A stretch of DNA of 64,000 nucleotides from an uncultured virus (IMG/VR IMGVR_UViG_3300012954_000006) (Duplodnaviria; Heunggongvirae; Uroviricota; Caudoviricetes), in IMG/VR virus record IMGVR_UViG_3300012954_000006; one strand, 5' to 3'. A program made the position numbers and the translations under genes. The notes beneath the pieces are model-generated. The model searched no databases. It was not told the DNA's origin and saw only the letters and a list, made by a program, of their open reading frames with translations. Below are positions 20,180-30,101 of this stretch, in pieces. Each line of letters starts with the position of its first letter. Positions within the stretch are counted from its first letter, which is position 1.

Positions 20180-21090
20180 ATTTGTTTAATAAATTTTTTC
20201 AGCACATTACCTTTTGGCAGGTCACTTGCTATCTGTATTAGTTGAAGTTGTTGCTCTTTACTAATACCATCGATAACTGACTGTTTGTTGTCAGCATACG
20301 CTAAGGTTATTAGTAGTTGCTGCAAAGATACATCTTTTTCTTTAATATTCACAATTTCTTTTATCAATTGTTCTAGCGAAATAGTAGGCGGTGCTATGCT
20401 GGCTTTTTCTTTTTCTTCTTTGAGCAAATTGGCAGCCCTAGATTCTTCAACAGTAGGAGATTGCGGTATAGCACACTTAGACACACTAGCATTAGCCGCT
20501 TTAAATCCTTTATCTCGCCAGTCAAAGTCAGAGAAGTAGCTGGTCAATCCCACCAGAAAAGGAAACGTGTTATAGGCAATAGTAATAATGGCATATACTG
20601 TGTTTATTTGCCCCACAATATTACTAGGTACACCCACACCTTTAAGGTTAATTGTAAATATAGCAGCAAACAGTAATCCCTGTATTGTTAATATCCATCT
20701 ATAAGGTACAACAATAAACGCTAAAAAAACAGGGATAAGCAATTCCAAGCCTAGTATATAGCCATTTAGTATTAAAGAAGCGGATAGGTATGCCAACACC
20801 AATTGTACAATGGTAAATGGAATGTGGTAAGAAGGCATACAGGTAGCACAACCTATGATGGGGTCGTGCCAGTAAAAATACTTCTCGCCATATCGTTTAC
20901 GCAATCTCATCTCTAGGTCGTGGCTAAATTTAAACAGTATTTTGTTGGCTTTTTTCTCTATGCTTCCTTCGGCAGCATTTCTAATGCCTACCACGCTCAT
21001 GGCTACTAATTTTGCTAAGACTACTGCTACTAAAAGGAATAGCAGCAGCGGTGCAAAAAACGTTAAATAATCTAAATTTTCTACTATCAT
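20146..21090 (-). CDS. Multi-pass membrane protein with CxxC motif
   Basis: Several hydrophobic helices; PIIGCATCMPSY. Confidence 0.7.
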   Translation of the reverse strand: MIVENLDYLTFFAPLLLFLLVAVVLAKLVAMSVVGIRNAAEGSIEKKANKILFKFSHDLEMRLRKRYGEKYFYWHDPIIGCATCMPSYHIPFTIVQLVLAYLSASLILNGYILGLELLIPVFLAFIVVPYRWILTIQGLLFAAIFTINLKGVGVPSNIVGQINTVYAIITIAYNTFPFLVGLTSYFSDFDWRDKGFKAANASVSKCAIPQSPTVEESRAANLLKEEKEKASIAPPTISLEQLIKEIVNIKEKDVSLQQLLITLAYADNKQSVIDGISKEQQLQLIQIASDLPKGNVLKKFIKQIWELIQKTMSI

Positions 21091-21100
21091 TTTTTAGGTT

Positions 21101-21283
21101 TTATGTTTTACAGTTGCTGGCTTTACTTGTTTTGCCAACTATTTTTTTTAATACTTTTCTTTCATCGCATGTACTAGTGATAGGTAATGCAGAATTTTGT
21201 TTGGCACACATTGCATGGTTTTTGATAACTCGCATAACAACATTGCGAGGTTTCTTTTTGGAAGAACACTTAGTAATTATCAT
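21101..21283 (-). CDS. Small basic hypothetical protein
   Basis: 60-aa ORF filling operon gap. Confidence 0.45.
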   Translation of the reverse strand: MIITKCSSKKKPRNVVMRVIKNHAMCAKQNSALPITSTCDERKVLKKIVGKTSKASNCKT

Positions 21284-21288
21284 AATAT

Positions 21289-22047
21289 TTATTTATTTGT
21301 AATGAGTTTGTGAATAATGAGTAAATTAATAAACGGCATAGCGTTATTGGGGTCGCTATGTGTTTTTATTACTCTGTTATATATGTTTAGTACATATTCT
21401 TTAAAAGCTTTTGTAACGGTATGATTTCGACTATATATAGGTGATTTTGTTTGCTGTGACCATACAATAACCACTTTATAAGCTTCTTTTGGCAAATTAA
21501 TATTATCAAGCCTAAATCCTATGTTATCGGCTACATATCGCATCAAAAAGTCAGATGTAATACTAATATTGCCTAGTTCATCTTTTTTGTATTGCTTCAT
21601 GTAGTCATAAACTAAATTTATCTCGTAGTTAATATGGTCATTATTATTAAATACAACCTCCTCCACACTAATATTAGTAGTATCGCTATCTCTTTCATAG
21701 CATGAGTTAGGCGATGTAATAAACCGTTGTGCATCACATTCAGATACAATCAAGTCTGTCCTTTTGCAATGTTTAAGCCACTCTAGCACAGCTTTTTCTT
21801 TGTCGGTACTCAATGTGTCTGCTACTACATGACTTGCATCTAGGTTGAAATGCCCATTCGCTGCAATACCATCAGAGAAATAACTAAAGCTTACACCTGT
21901 TATTTTTTGCTCTGGGGCATCGGGCGGTGTCTGGCTAAGTACAAAATATATTTGCTGGTCTCTAATGTAGCTAAAACGAGCCTTTTCAATAGTTTTCTGT
22001 AGCTCCTTTTTAGAAAAGCCTTTCCTTACTAAGAATGTTTTTTTCAT
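21289..22047 (-). CDS. Hypothetical protein
   Basis: 252-aa ORF in operon. Confidence 0.65.
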   Translation of the reverse strand: MKKTFLVRKGFSKKELQKTIEKARFSYIRDQQIYFVLSQTPPDAPEQKITGVSFSYFSDGIAANGHFNLDASHVVADTLSTDKEKAVLEWLKHCKRTDLIVSECDAQRFITSPNSCYERDSDTTNISVEEVVFNNNDHINYEINLVYDYMKQYKKDELGNISITSDFLMRYVADNIGFRLDNINLPKEAYKVVIVWSQQTKSPIYSRNHTVTKAFKEYVLNIYNRVIKTHSDPNNAMPFINLLIIHKLITNK

Positions 22048-22702
22048 TTGCTGTGATTTCTTTTGATACGATTCTTTTAAAATGATACTTGTCTAGTAAA
22101 TCTTCTATTGTGGCAGAAGTCATGCCATACCACTTACCTCCCACATTATAATCTTGCAACTCTTTTTTTATCGCACTTTCGACAAACACATATAGGCTAC
22201 TTTTTTTAGTGGCTATCAGTTCTATTTTTTCATGACAGTTACTTTGTATAGAAGACAAACGAGATTTCGGATTGGTAGTATTACCTATTTTGTAATAACA
22301 CTTATCACCTTCCACAACCTTAACGACATATATCAATCCAATAGTATTAAACTGTCGTCTAACAGCTTGTGGCTTACGTTGTGGCAAAAGCGGTGTTTCT
22401 TGCTTTTCAAAACCAAAAGAAAGGATAATGTCGTTTACCATGTCTGCTGACAAATCAAACCATTCGCCATGCCTTTGATACGGCTCTAGTAATGTTTTTA
22501 TGTCTTCTTCAACAGTAATGTGGTTATTTGTCTCTTTGATAGCATAGATAGTAACAATATCGTAGCAACAACTTTGAATACATCGTAATCTAGCCATTAC
22601 ATTAGTAGAATACCCTATTTTGTAAATAGGCTTGTTTAGCACTTTTAATATATACACCTTTCCACTCTTTGCAGGGGGGTGTTTACGCTTTATCTCCTTC
22701 AT
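22010..22702 (-). CDS. Tandem GIY-YIG (T5orf172/MUG113-like) domain protein
   Basis: Two copies of VY..YKIGxxxN..RLxxIQS..E..GE/KWF/Y. Confidence 0.85.
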   Translation of the reverse strand: MKEIKRKHPPAKSGKVYILKVLNKPIYKIGYSTNVMARLRCIQSCCYDIVTIYAIKETNNHITVEEDIKTLLEPYQRHGEWFDLSADMVNDIILSFGFEKQETPLLPQRKPQAVRRQFNTIGLIYVVKVVEGDKCYYKIGNTTNPKSRLSSIQSNCHEKIELIATKKSSLYVFVESAIKKELQDYNVGGKWYGMTSATIEDLLDKYHFKRIVSKEITANEKNILSKERLF

Positions 22703-22711
22703 ATTATTGGA

Positions 22712-23797
22712 TTAATGACTACATAATTTATGCCGAAATACATTTGGTTGGTCTAAAAAGACATATCCAAAACTATTGATAATATCTGCTTTTGCTATAC
22801 TAAGTATATCATTACCTATGATACCTGTAATATAAGTGCCGTCTAACAACTCATCGTACTGCCCAAATATACCCCCATCTTTATCAAAAATCATCATATC
22901 GCAGCTAAAGGTGTCTGATGTTTCATTAAAGGCAATTTCAAAACTACAATATCGAGCATCCTCTTCTTGCCCATCTAACCCCATATATGTTGCACTACTA
23001 AAGTATCGTCCTTTTTGAGGTTGGTGGCGTAACAAGCTAGGCAAAGCTTCTTGATTAATCATAGAGGCTGTAGCTCCTGTATCTATCACAAACCACCTTT
23101 TTTTGCCTTCTATGTTAATTCTTATAATAGGATGGAAAGAGTCACTTGATATATCGTCTTCTAGTAATGGCAAATGATAGCTAATCGGTATAACTATTCT
23201 ATCTTTTGTCAAGGCAGGGGCGTTTAGCCCTACATAGTCACAAAGCACTCTTTCATAGATTTTTTGGTCTTGTGTGGAGGCTATTGTAGCATATCCTCTG
23301 TGATAGGCTTCTCTTAATATCGTTTCATCTGTAAGGTAGCAATCTAGCAAGGTCGCTTTTTGTGGCACTAAAGTATCTACAATATCCATGATACGTCTAG
23401 CTAATGACAACGGCAGTTCTCGCCTACGGTCACGGACTATACTGTCTGTTTCTAAATACCACTCTTTTGAAATATTATCTATTGCTAAGTAGGAGTAGAT
23501 GTATATATTTCTTATCACTCCTTGAAAGTGCCACTTAAAAACCGTTACATAATCATAATCGTGTACTAAATGGCTAGGCTGTATAGTAAATGACTGACCT
23601 TCTTCGCCTATAATAATAACGGTGTCAGCCTCCATATCTAAAAGGGATTGTGCTATGACTTCTGTATAAACATCTAATTCATCTTTGGTACTAGGTAGCA
23701 TAGTTACAATAGCACTCAACTGTAATGCGTTTACAATAGCGAAATTCAATATCGACTCAGGCGTATCTGGAATAATTATCTTATCACAATATATCAT
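22712..23797 (-). CDS. Degenerate DNA methyltransferase-like domain fused to retropepsin-like aspartyl protease
   Basis: C-term FVIDTGATAS and GIIGNDIL. N-half LPLSLARRIM..ATLLDCYLTDETILREA..GY mirrors FPxxLxxRLI..VLDPFxGSGTTxxAA..GR without the SAM motif. Confidence 0.7.
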   Translation of the reverse strand: MIYCDKIIIPDTPESILNFAIVNALQLSAIVTMLPSTKDELDVYTEVIAQSLLDMEADTVIIIGEEGQSFTIQPSHLVHDYDYVTVFKWHFQGVIRNIYIYSYLAIDNISKEWYLETDSIVRDRRRELPLSLARRIMDIVDTLVPQKATLLDCYLTDETILREAYHRGYATIASTQDQKIYERVLCDYVGLNAPALTKDRIVIPISYHLPLLEDDISSDSFHPIIRINIEGKKRWFVIDTGATASMINQEALPSLLRHQPQKGRYFSSATYMGLDGQEEDARYCSFEIAFNETSDTFSCDMMIFDKDGGIFGQYDELLDGTYITGIIGNDILSIAKADIINSFGYVFLDQPNVFRHKLCSH

Positions 23798-23824
23798 TTA
23801 CTTATTTTTATTCTATAACTAAGG

Positions 23825-23940
23825 CAAAAATAGTGTTTTTTTTTGGTTTTTACAAATAGTCTATTTTCTCGTAAATAACAAAAAGTTTCGCTTGTCTTAA
23901 TGGTGTTTATTTTGCGATGTTATAGATATAGCTATATTTG
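23825..23940. promoter_or_regulatory. Divergent promoter pair
   Basis: Minus-strand box 23825-23832 and plus-strand TATATTTG 23933-23940. Confidence 0.7.
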
Positions 23941-23971
23941 CTTAATTTAATTTAACAAATAAATAGATTTA

Positions 23972-24391
23972 ATGAATACTTCACAAAAGACAAGAGGTCA
24001 GAAATGCAATAGCGAAAAACTAGAACTAATATTAAATGTTCTAAAACAGATAGATACCTCGATTGTCGATGATAAAGGTTGACATATAGGAGTGCCACAG
24101 TCGAGATATGATAAGTTGGTACACAAAGCAGTTTTGCTTGACCAAGTATTTAAAATAGCCTTTGATAGTGAGCAAGTACAAAAAGTGGTTTCTAATAATG
24201 TGAATATTGAGCCTGAAATTGAGCAGGTTTGGCGAAAACGAGGATGTTATAAATTTGAAGTAAGAACCAATGAGCAAGTAGCGGAAATAAAAAATAATAT
24301 TGAGATGTATGAATATATAACACATCAGGCTCATGCAGAAGGGGATTTTGGCTACCTTTGTAGTTCTAGGTGGTGTAGGTGCCGCCAATAG
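23972..24391 (+). pseudogene. Hypothetical gene with in-frame TGA at 24080-24082
   Basis: ATG 23972 after promoter is in frame with ORF 24092-24391 (DDKG*HIGVPQ). Confidence 0.6.
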
Positions 24392-24402
24392 CACTCTTAA
24401 AT

Positions 24403-24454
24403 ACCTCTGTGTTCTATAAATAGAACGCTTATTCTATTTATAGAACACAGAGGT
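24403..24454. repeat. Tandem TTCTA-N4-TAGAA palindromic element, copy 1
   Basis: Perfect 23-bp inverted repeat with CGCTTA spacer; copies at 39673 and 61880. Confidence 0.85.
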
Positions 24455-24477
24455 TTGAAACTGTTTTATAGTATAAT

Positions 24478-24508
24478 TTTGAAATATGAACAATAAAACG
24501 TATATTTG
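24478..24508 (+). promoter_or_regulatory. Bacteroidota promoter TTTG-N19-TATATTTG
   Basis: Both boxes present; near-identical cassette at about 39746-39776. Confidence 0.8.
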
Positions 24509-24534
24509 TCCATTCTTTTATAAAAACATAATAT

Positions 24535-24978
24535 ATGGGAAATTGTAATAATGTAGTAGTCGAAGAGATTACATCTAGTGGTAGAACGCATACCGCAAAT
24601 ATACAAAACATCCAATTATTTGCAGAACGCTTTGGTTTAAGTTTTGTGCGAGGCGATACCGTTGGACTAGGAAATTCTTGTGTGGGACTCAAAAAGAATG
24701 GTAAGTGGGTAGAATACAATCCTATGAATTGGAAAACACTTGAAGATATAGATGGCTTTTGTGATGAGCGTTTTACAGATATTGTTCCAGATGGTGCTTA
24801 CACAAAGAAACAATGCTTGGTGGTGCTTGGCACGGACTGTAATGCAATAACACAACTAAGTAATTGGGTAGATGACTTGAAAACATTGAATGTTGTTGTA
24901 GAGAGATTTGACACAGGAGCTACAGGACACCAAGCACTTATTAATGGCAAACATTCTTATGGCGTGAAAATACCATAA
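24535..24978 (+). CDS. Hypothetical protein
   Basis: 147-aa ORF after promoter. Confidence 0.7.
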   Translation: MGNCNNVVVEEITSSGRTHTANIQNIQLFAERFGLSFVRGDTVGLGNSCVGLKKNGKWVEYNPMNWKTLEDIDGFCDERFTDIVPDGAYTKKQCLVVLGTDCNAITQLSNWVDDLKTLNVVVERFDTGATGHQALINGKHSYGVKIP

Positions 24979-25337
24979 GAATGAATGATAATACCAATGT
25001 GACAATAAAAAGGTCTTGGCTTTCTATGAGTCAAGACCTTTTTATTGCAAGATATATTATATTCAAATAAATTCCTTTTAGCACCGCTCCCTTTTCGATT
25101 TTTAAAAATAACTTTAGGAAATATCTGTTTTAAGTTTTCAATAAACGACTTATTCAATAAAAGAGCGTCAAATAAAATGCTTTTAAGGCGTACTTCTATT
25201 CTTGCTTCATTAGGCTCTTTTGACGAAAGCAAATGGAAAGCAATAAAAGAATAAGATTGTAAGGCAAAGAAAATAGACTCTCTATGTCCTCTCAAATCCT
25301 CTATTTGCATTACTTGATTGTCTATCTCATAAAACAC
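24957..25337 (-). CDS. Hypothetical protein
   Basis: 126-aa ORF at end of minus operon. Confidence 0.45.
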   Translation of the reverse strand: MFYEIDNQVMQIEDLRGHRESIFFALQSYSFIAFHLLSSKEPNEARIEVRLKSILFDALLLNKSFIENLKQIFPKVIFKNRKGSGAKRNLFEYNISCNKKVLTHRKPRPFYCHIGIIIHSYGIFTP

Positions 25338-25362
25338 CTTTATCTGTGGCTGTACTTCACTT

Positions 25363-25548
25363 TTAATTCCAAAAAAACATATCGTTTTCTATGGCTGCTG
25401 TAAAGTGTTCAAAGTATTTGTTCTTTCCTTGATACAAGAATACCTGATGGCAATTAAGGAAATACTCATCAAAATTAGGGTATGTCCTTTCTGTAAAAGG
25501 ATTATAAAAGCCATTAAAAAGTATATCTGTTGTTATTGTTAGTGTCAT
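25363..25548 (-). CDS. Hypothetical protein
   Basis: 61-aa ORF abutting upstream stop. Confidence 0.55.
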   Translation of the reverse strand: MTLTITTDILFNGFYNPFTERTYPNFDEYFLNCHQVFLYQGKNKYFEHFTAAIENDMFFWN

Positions 25549-26301
25549 TTAAGTTGTTGCTTTAAACATTGCAAGGTTTGGGTCAATTCGGAAAAACTCA
25601 TCCAACAGCATATAGTAAATGTGACATTTTTGTAGATTGTTTTTTGAAGCTAGTAACATCCTAACATATATTACTAAATAATCTTTGTGTTTGTGATTAG
25701 ACAATACACGACTAAATACATAACCAATATATTCATTACACGTTTCTTCGTCATCATACATTAGTTCATCTTTGAATAATTGGTAGTTTTTTTCAAGTAA
25801 TTTCTTAAATTCTTTATCGCTATTACTAGCTATTTCTAAATAAGTATTACACAGCAATTCGTAAATAGTGCTATCGTCTAATAAAGATAATCCCTCTCGC
25901 AAGTCTGACACTAATGCTTGCATTACTTTGTTTTTTGACACACTAGATAGAAAGTTAAATAACTCGTCTTTATCTTTAATTATACTTGATATAATATTGT
26001 TAAACATGATAATTGACATATCTTTCTTTGTAGGTGTTCTATAAATATCCTTATTTATATTTGTTGCACTTACCTTGATGTGTTCCAAAGTTTCTGCCAG
26101 CATCTTATCGCAAGTATTTTTCCCTGTACTTTCCTTAAATGTTCTAAGTTTTAAGTATTTAGGTAGCAAACAGAGTACAGTTACTGCGTGTTCATTTGAC
26201 ACAAGCCTATAACAAGCATTTTCAAAAAAACCTACATTTTTCTCTAATAGTATTTCAAGATACTGTGTAATCTGTTTGGTAATTTTATTTTTTGTATTCA
26301 T
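25549..26301 (-). CDS. Hypothetical helical protein (start corrected to MNTKNK)
   Basis: Upstream extension overlaps a palindromic element. Confidence 0.65.
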   Translation of the reverse strand: MNTKNKITKQITQYLEILLEKNVGFFENACYRLVSNEHAVTVLCLLPKYLKLRTFKESTGKNTCDKMLAETLEHIKVSATNINKDIYRTPTKKDMSIIMFNNIISSIIKDKDELFNFLSSVSKNKVMQALVSDLREGLSLLDDSTIYELLCNTYLEIASNSDKEFKKLLEKNYQLFKDELMYDDEETCNEYIGYVFSRVLSNHKHKDYLVIYVRMLLASKNNLQKCHIYYMLLDEFFRIDPNLAMFKATT

Positions 26302-26323
26302 TGATTTTTTTTTAAAGTCATAC

Positions 26324-26379
26324 TTTTGCGTAGCGTGACTATTAACTAAAAATTTAGTTGAAAGCAACGCTACGCAAAA
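26324..26379. repeat. ~55-bp palindromic element TTTGCGTAGC..AACTA-N6-TAGTTGAA..GCTACGCAAA, copy 1
   Basis: Other copies at 41229, 55049, 60266. Confidence 0.8.
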
Positions 26380-26385
26380 ATACAC

Positions 26386-26796
26386 CTATTCACTTGCTAG
26401 TTCTAATATTGTCATTAGACGTTCTTCAACGTCTCGCAACTCATTTCCTATAATATTGAAACTTACCTTATAGCCATTGTAATAGCCAAGTGATAAGTTT
26501 TCGTTGCATGAATTGCGATAGTTATAAGCGGTTTCCTTTATCTGAACAACAAGACCTAGCAATAAATTTAGTTCCGCTATCAATATATCGGACATCATTT
26601 TAGCTAAACTCTCTTTTATCTTTTCGGCTTGTTTGATGGTATCTAGCACTTGTAATAGCAAGATGTTAAAGCCTTTGGTATATTCTGGCACATCATCACA
26701 ATCTAAACATTCTTTAAGGTTTCTATCTAAACGCATTTCAATACCTTCTAGGTGCTGTATTAATACCGTTAAATATGGCGTTAAATTATTTTTCAT
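26386..26796 (-). CDS. Hypothetical helical protein (probable start MKNNLTP)
   Basis: ORF 26386-26868; internal ATG overlaps upstream stop. Confidence 0.55.
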   Translation of the reverse strand: MKNNLTPYLTVLIQHLEGIEMRLDRNLKECLDCDDVPEYTKGFNILLLQVLDTIKQAEKIKESLAKMMSDILIAELNLLLGLVVQIKETAYNYRNSCNENLSLGYYNGYKVSFNIIGNELRDVEERLMTILELASE

Positions 26797-27259
26797 ACTG
26801 TGGCGTGTTAGTGTAGTTAATAATTTTAAGTTGAATTTCCCATTGCCAAGCGTCTTGTATGAATTCAAATATTACAGACAAGTCTGTTATCTTTCTTTCT
26901 TTCAACTCGTCAATATAGTGTCTATTGAAATTGTGATGTGCATGTTTCCACTTTTTCTGTATGAGTGCAACAATGTTTTGAATAGTAGGATTAGCTACAT
27001 AAAAGTCAATAAATATCTCATCTACTCGGCAGTAGCCAATAAAATACAGTCCTTTCTGATTGCTATTTTGTTGGCGTAATGCTTGCTCATCTTTTAAGAA
27101 TTTGTAAAACTGTTCTGTCTCATCCATTAAAATTTTAGTAACAGCAGGAATCTCTTTAGAGTGTGCCATCTCATATATCGCTACTTTGTCTTGCAATACT
27201 GCAATAGACAATAACAATTCCTTGTCTGTCATATCCTTTATACTACTAGGTATGTTCAT
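26786..27259 (-). CDS. Hypothetical protein
   Basis: 157-aa ORF. Confidence 0.6.
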   Translation of the reverse strand: MNIPSSIKDMTDKELLLSIAVLQDKVAIYEMAHSKEIPAVTKILMDETEQFYKFLKDEQALRQQNSNQKGLYFIGYCRVDEIFIDFYVANPTIQNIVALIQKKWKHAHHNFNRHYIDELKERKITDLSVIFEFIQDAWQWEIQLKIINYTNTPQYEK

Positions 27260-27402
27260 ATTATTTTTTGTTTATTATAAATAGTGTATTAAATTATTGT
27301 CTGGGTCATATAACTGCGAAAAGAGCCTTCCAATAGAATAAGTAATGACTAGTATAAATTATATTTAGTTTTTAGTTACTTAGCAGCTATTACCCAGTCG
27401 TA

Positions 27403-28023
27403 TTATTCTGAATTATCCAACTTCAATAATTCTATTTCTTCACGAGGTACAAGTATAGTAGCATTTGCTTCTAGACCTATCATGTACTTACCTTCTTGTT
27501 TGCCAAAGAGACGAACTGTTTTGCCATTGATTTTGTAGCGAACATAATCATGTTGTGATATGTCAATATCAGCATCTTCTACACTTTCATCAAAATAGTC
27601 TGGTACGGTATTTAAAATGAAACCACGCAATTCATTTGCAATTTCATCTGTTGGCGAACCAGTTAAACCGTGTGCGGCCATTATCTCTGCTTCTCTAAAC
27701 AGTCCTGCATTAAAAGCTAGTGCTGCAGCATTACTAAACAAGTTAGAACGAGATGGCTCGTATTCTTCGTTGTTTGGAATGACAAAAGCAACTTTTTTGG
27801 CTAAGTAAAAACCTTGAGTGAATAGTTGCTTTGCTTTACCTGTTTCGCCATGTTTTTTGAGAGTAAATGCTTTATCGGCAATGTCAGCAGCCTTTTTTGT
27901 TGCTTCTCTTATTGCTTGTATTTGCTTCTCATTAAGTTTTACTTCACGTTTCCAAGACATCGAATATCCATTATTACTTTCTGTCATAGCAAGGGAAATA
28001 CTGCCTATATCTTCTTTTTTCAT
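27403..28023 (-). CDS. TPR-like helical domain protein
   Basis: EPSRSNLFSNAAALA..REAE..GL.GSP.DEIANELR resembles a recalled bacterial uncharacterised family (EPTRSxLYRSAA). Confidence 0.6.
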   Translation of the reverse strand: MKKEDIGSISLAMTESNNGYSMSWKREVKLNEKQIQAIREATKKAADIADKAFTLKKHGETGKAKQLFTQGFYLAKKVAFVIPNNEEYEPSRSNLFSNAAALAFNAGLFREAEIMAAHGLTGSPTDEIANELRGFILNTVPDYFDESVEDADIDISQHDYVRYKINGKTVRLFGKQEGKYMIGLEANATILVPREEIELLKLDNSE

Positions 28024-28211
28024 ATTAATTTTTATTGATAAAATTACGAATCGACCTAATCAAGTTATTGTCTGGGTCATAGTCGGCACATACTTCATAG
28101 TGCATTAACACTTCGCAACTGCCATATTCTAATACTTGTGAAAAGACCCATCCAATAGGATAAGCTATGACTAGGATAAATACTATTTTTATAATTTTTT
28201 GCTCATTATAT

Positions 28212-28682
28212 CTAATATTTAATTTTTTGTAGGTATTTTATTTTTGATTCAAAAATATCATTACTTCTCTCAACAAACCTATCTACTTCTGATTGAAGCA
28301 TAGGCATCGGTAAATCCAACCACATTAAGGGAACTTTTAATAAGTATTCGTTTATGCCATTATTGTCATAGCCAAAACTATGAAGCAATACCACATTCTT
28401 TCCTTTAATTTTGTAACGTACACTTATTAGATGTTCGTTGGCTACATAAGAGTTGTCATACTCTTGTAAGTCAGAAGACATATATTTATGTCCGATGAAC
28501 GCTGTTTTTGTACCTACTAAAAATGGAAATTTACAACGAACATGAAAATTACATTGCATTAACTTTTTGTGAAACTTATTAAGTATCAAGTGATGCTCCC
28601 ACGCCTTACAAGCCTTAGCAGTTGAAAATTCTTTGCCATCAAAGGCACAATAAACATCTACGCTTTTTTGAATGGTATTCAT
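28212..28682 (-). CDS. Hypothetical phage protein
   Basis: Y.AFDGKEF....C..WE N-terminal motif common in phage proteins. Confidence 0.65.
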   Translation of the reverse strand: MNTIQKSVDVYCAFDGKEFSTAKACKAWEHHLILNKFHKKLMQCNFHVRCKFPFLVGTKTAFIGHKYMSSDLQEYDNSYVANEHLISVRYKIKGKNVVLLHSFGYDNNGINEYLLKVPLMWLDLPMPMLQSEVDRFVERSNDIFESKIKYLQKIKY

Positions 28683-30098
28683 TTAAAATATAGGTTTGTT
28701 ATTTAATAATAATATCGAATAATCATTTACTACACCTACTGAAATTTGGTTCAATTGCTCAACTGTTATAGGTGTTTTCGGGCATTTATCTAATAACTCA
28801 AAATTATTGCTTGAAGTTTCTCTACACTCAAAAAATAGTAATTCTTCTTTATTGCCATTCTTCCAGTTTCTATAATGCAATATTAATATGTCTTGAAAGC
28901 GATAAATACGCTTTACATCATCCAGTCGAAAACCAACTATTTGGTCGCCACTTATCATATTCCATGTACTGTCACTTCCTTGCTTACAGATAAATAGCCA
29001 TTTATTTATTTTCCAAAGGTACTGGTTATTGCCAATGTACCTTAAACAATCATAACTAGGTTCGGTTCGGAAAGATATATGCCTTAGTATGTCTCTACTA
29101 AAAGTATAATTACTAAAGTTTAAGCCTCGTCTTTGGCAAAGCCAATGATAAGCAAATCGCCATTCTCCATTTGCATTGACATAGCAGACATTCAAATAAC
29201 CTTCATTGTTAGATAATCGTTCAAGGTAGGCACTTTTTAATATCTTACCATCTTTACTGTATATCTCTACTAAATCTTCTGTTGTAACTTTATTTAGTCC
29301 AATAGTCACTAATTTAATACTCGTTTCAGTATGCAATAAAAGATAGGTAAAACCTTTTTGCGTATGCTCTTTCAACTCCTTGTATGGTTCTACGCTATAT
29401 AGCTTAGTTAATGTATTATTTGATGTAATATGATAATACTCTTCTGGGTAGTAATGACCTAGTCGAACTACATTGCCATCTAAAACAGTAATAGATGTGT
29501 TATCAATGTTTTTGAGTTGCAATAATGGCTTTTTAGCATCACTCCCCCATAATTGACGTACTGTACTATTATCATGTGTCCGATGATAACTCAAATTGAC
29601 ATAAGGCTTGTTGTCACTCAAATAATAGTGTTTGCTTGACGCTGACTTTGATAGGTATTTATCAGCAGGCAAGTCATTTTCAAATAACTCCCCATCATGC
29701 ACTTCAAAAAGGTTTTGATACTCCTCTTTACAAGGTATAATTTCCGCTAACACATATTTACCATGTATCTCAATATGTCGAATATTGCTACATTGAACAG
29801 CAGTCAAAAATTTGCCAAAATCAACGACATGGAGTTTGCTATTTTTATAGTGCAGCAAATAGGCATTACCTTCATGTTTATCAAGCCCTAACCTAACAAC
29901 AAGGTAGTTATTGCGTTGCTCGACATGAATATTAAAGCCTAATGAGTAGTTTTTGTAATCAAAGATTTTTTTAATAGCTTTAGTTGCTAATAAATTTTTA
30001 GGTGTTGTTAGTTTCTGCCAAAAACTTCTATTGTCTTGGCGTGCCTCTACTGCAACAATGCCATTTGCAGCATTGTAAATTTTGAATAAGTTTTTCAT
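28683..30098 (-). CDS. Hypothetical beta-rich protein
   Basis: 471-aa ORF. Confidence 0.7.
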   Translation of the reverse strand: MKNLFKIYNAANGIVAVEARQDNRSFWQKLTTPKNLLATKAIKKIFDYKNYSLGFNIHVEQRNNYLVVRLGLDKHEGNAYLLHYKNSKLHVVDFGKFLTAVQCSNIRHIEIHGKYVLAEIIPCKEEYQNLFEVHDGELFENDLPADKYLSKSASSKHYYLSDNKPYVNLSYHRTHDNSTVRQLWGSDAKKPLLQLKNIDNTSITVLDGNVVRLGHYYPEEYYHITSNNTLTKLYSVEPYKELKEHTQKGFTYLLLHTETSIKLVTIGLNKVTTEDLVEIYSKDGKILKSAYLERLSNNEGYLNVCYVNANGEWRFAYHWLCQRRGLNFSNYTFSRDILRHISFRTEPSYDCLRYIGNNQYLWKINKWLFICKQGSDSTWNMISGDQIVGFRLDDVKRIYRFQDILILHYRNWKNGNKEELLFFECRETSSNNFELLDKCPKTPITVEQLNQISVGVVNDYSILLLNNKPIF

Positions 30099-30101
30099 GC
30101 T

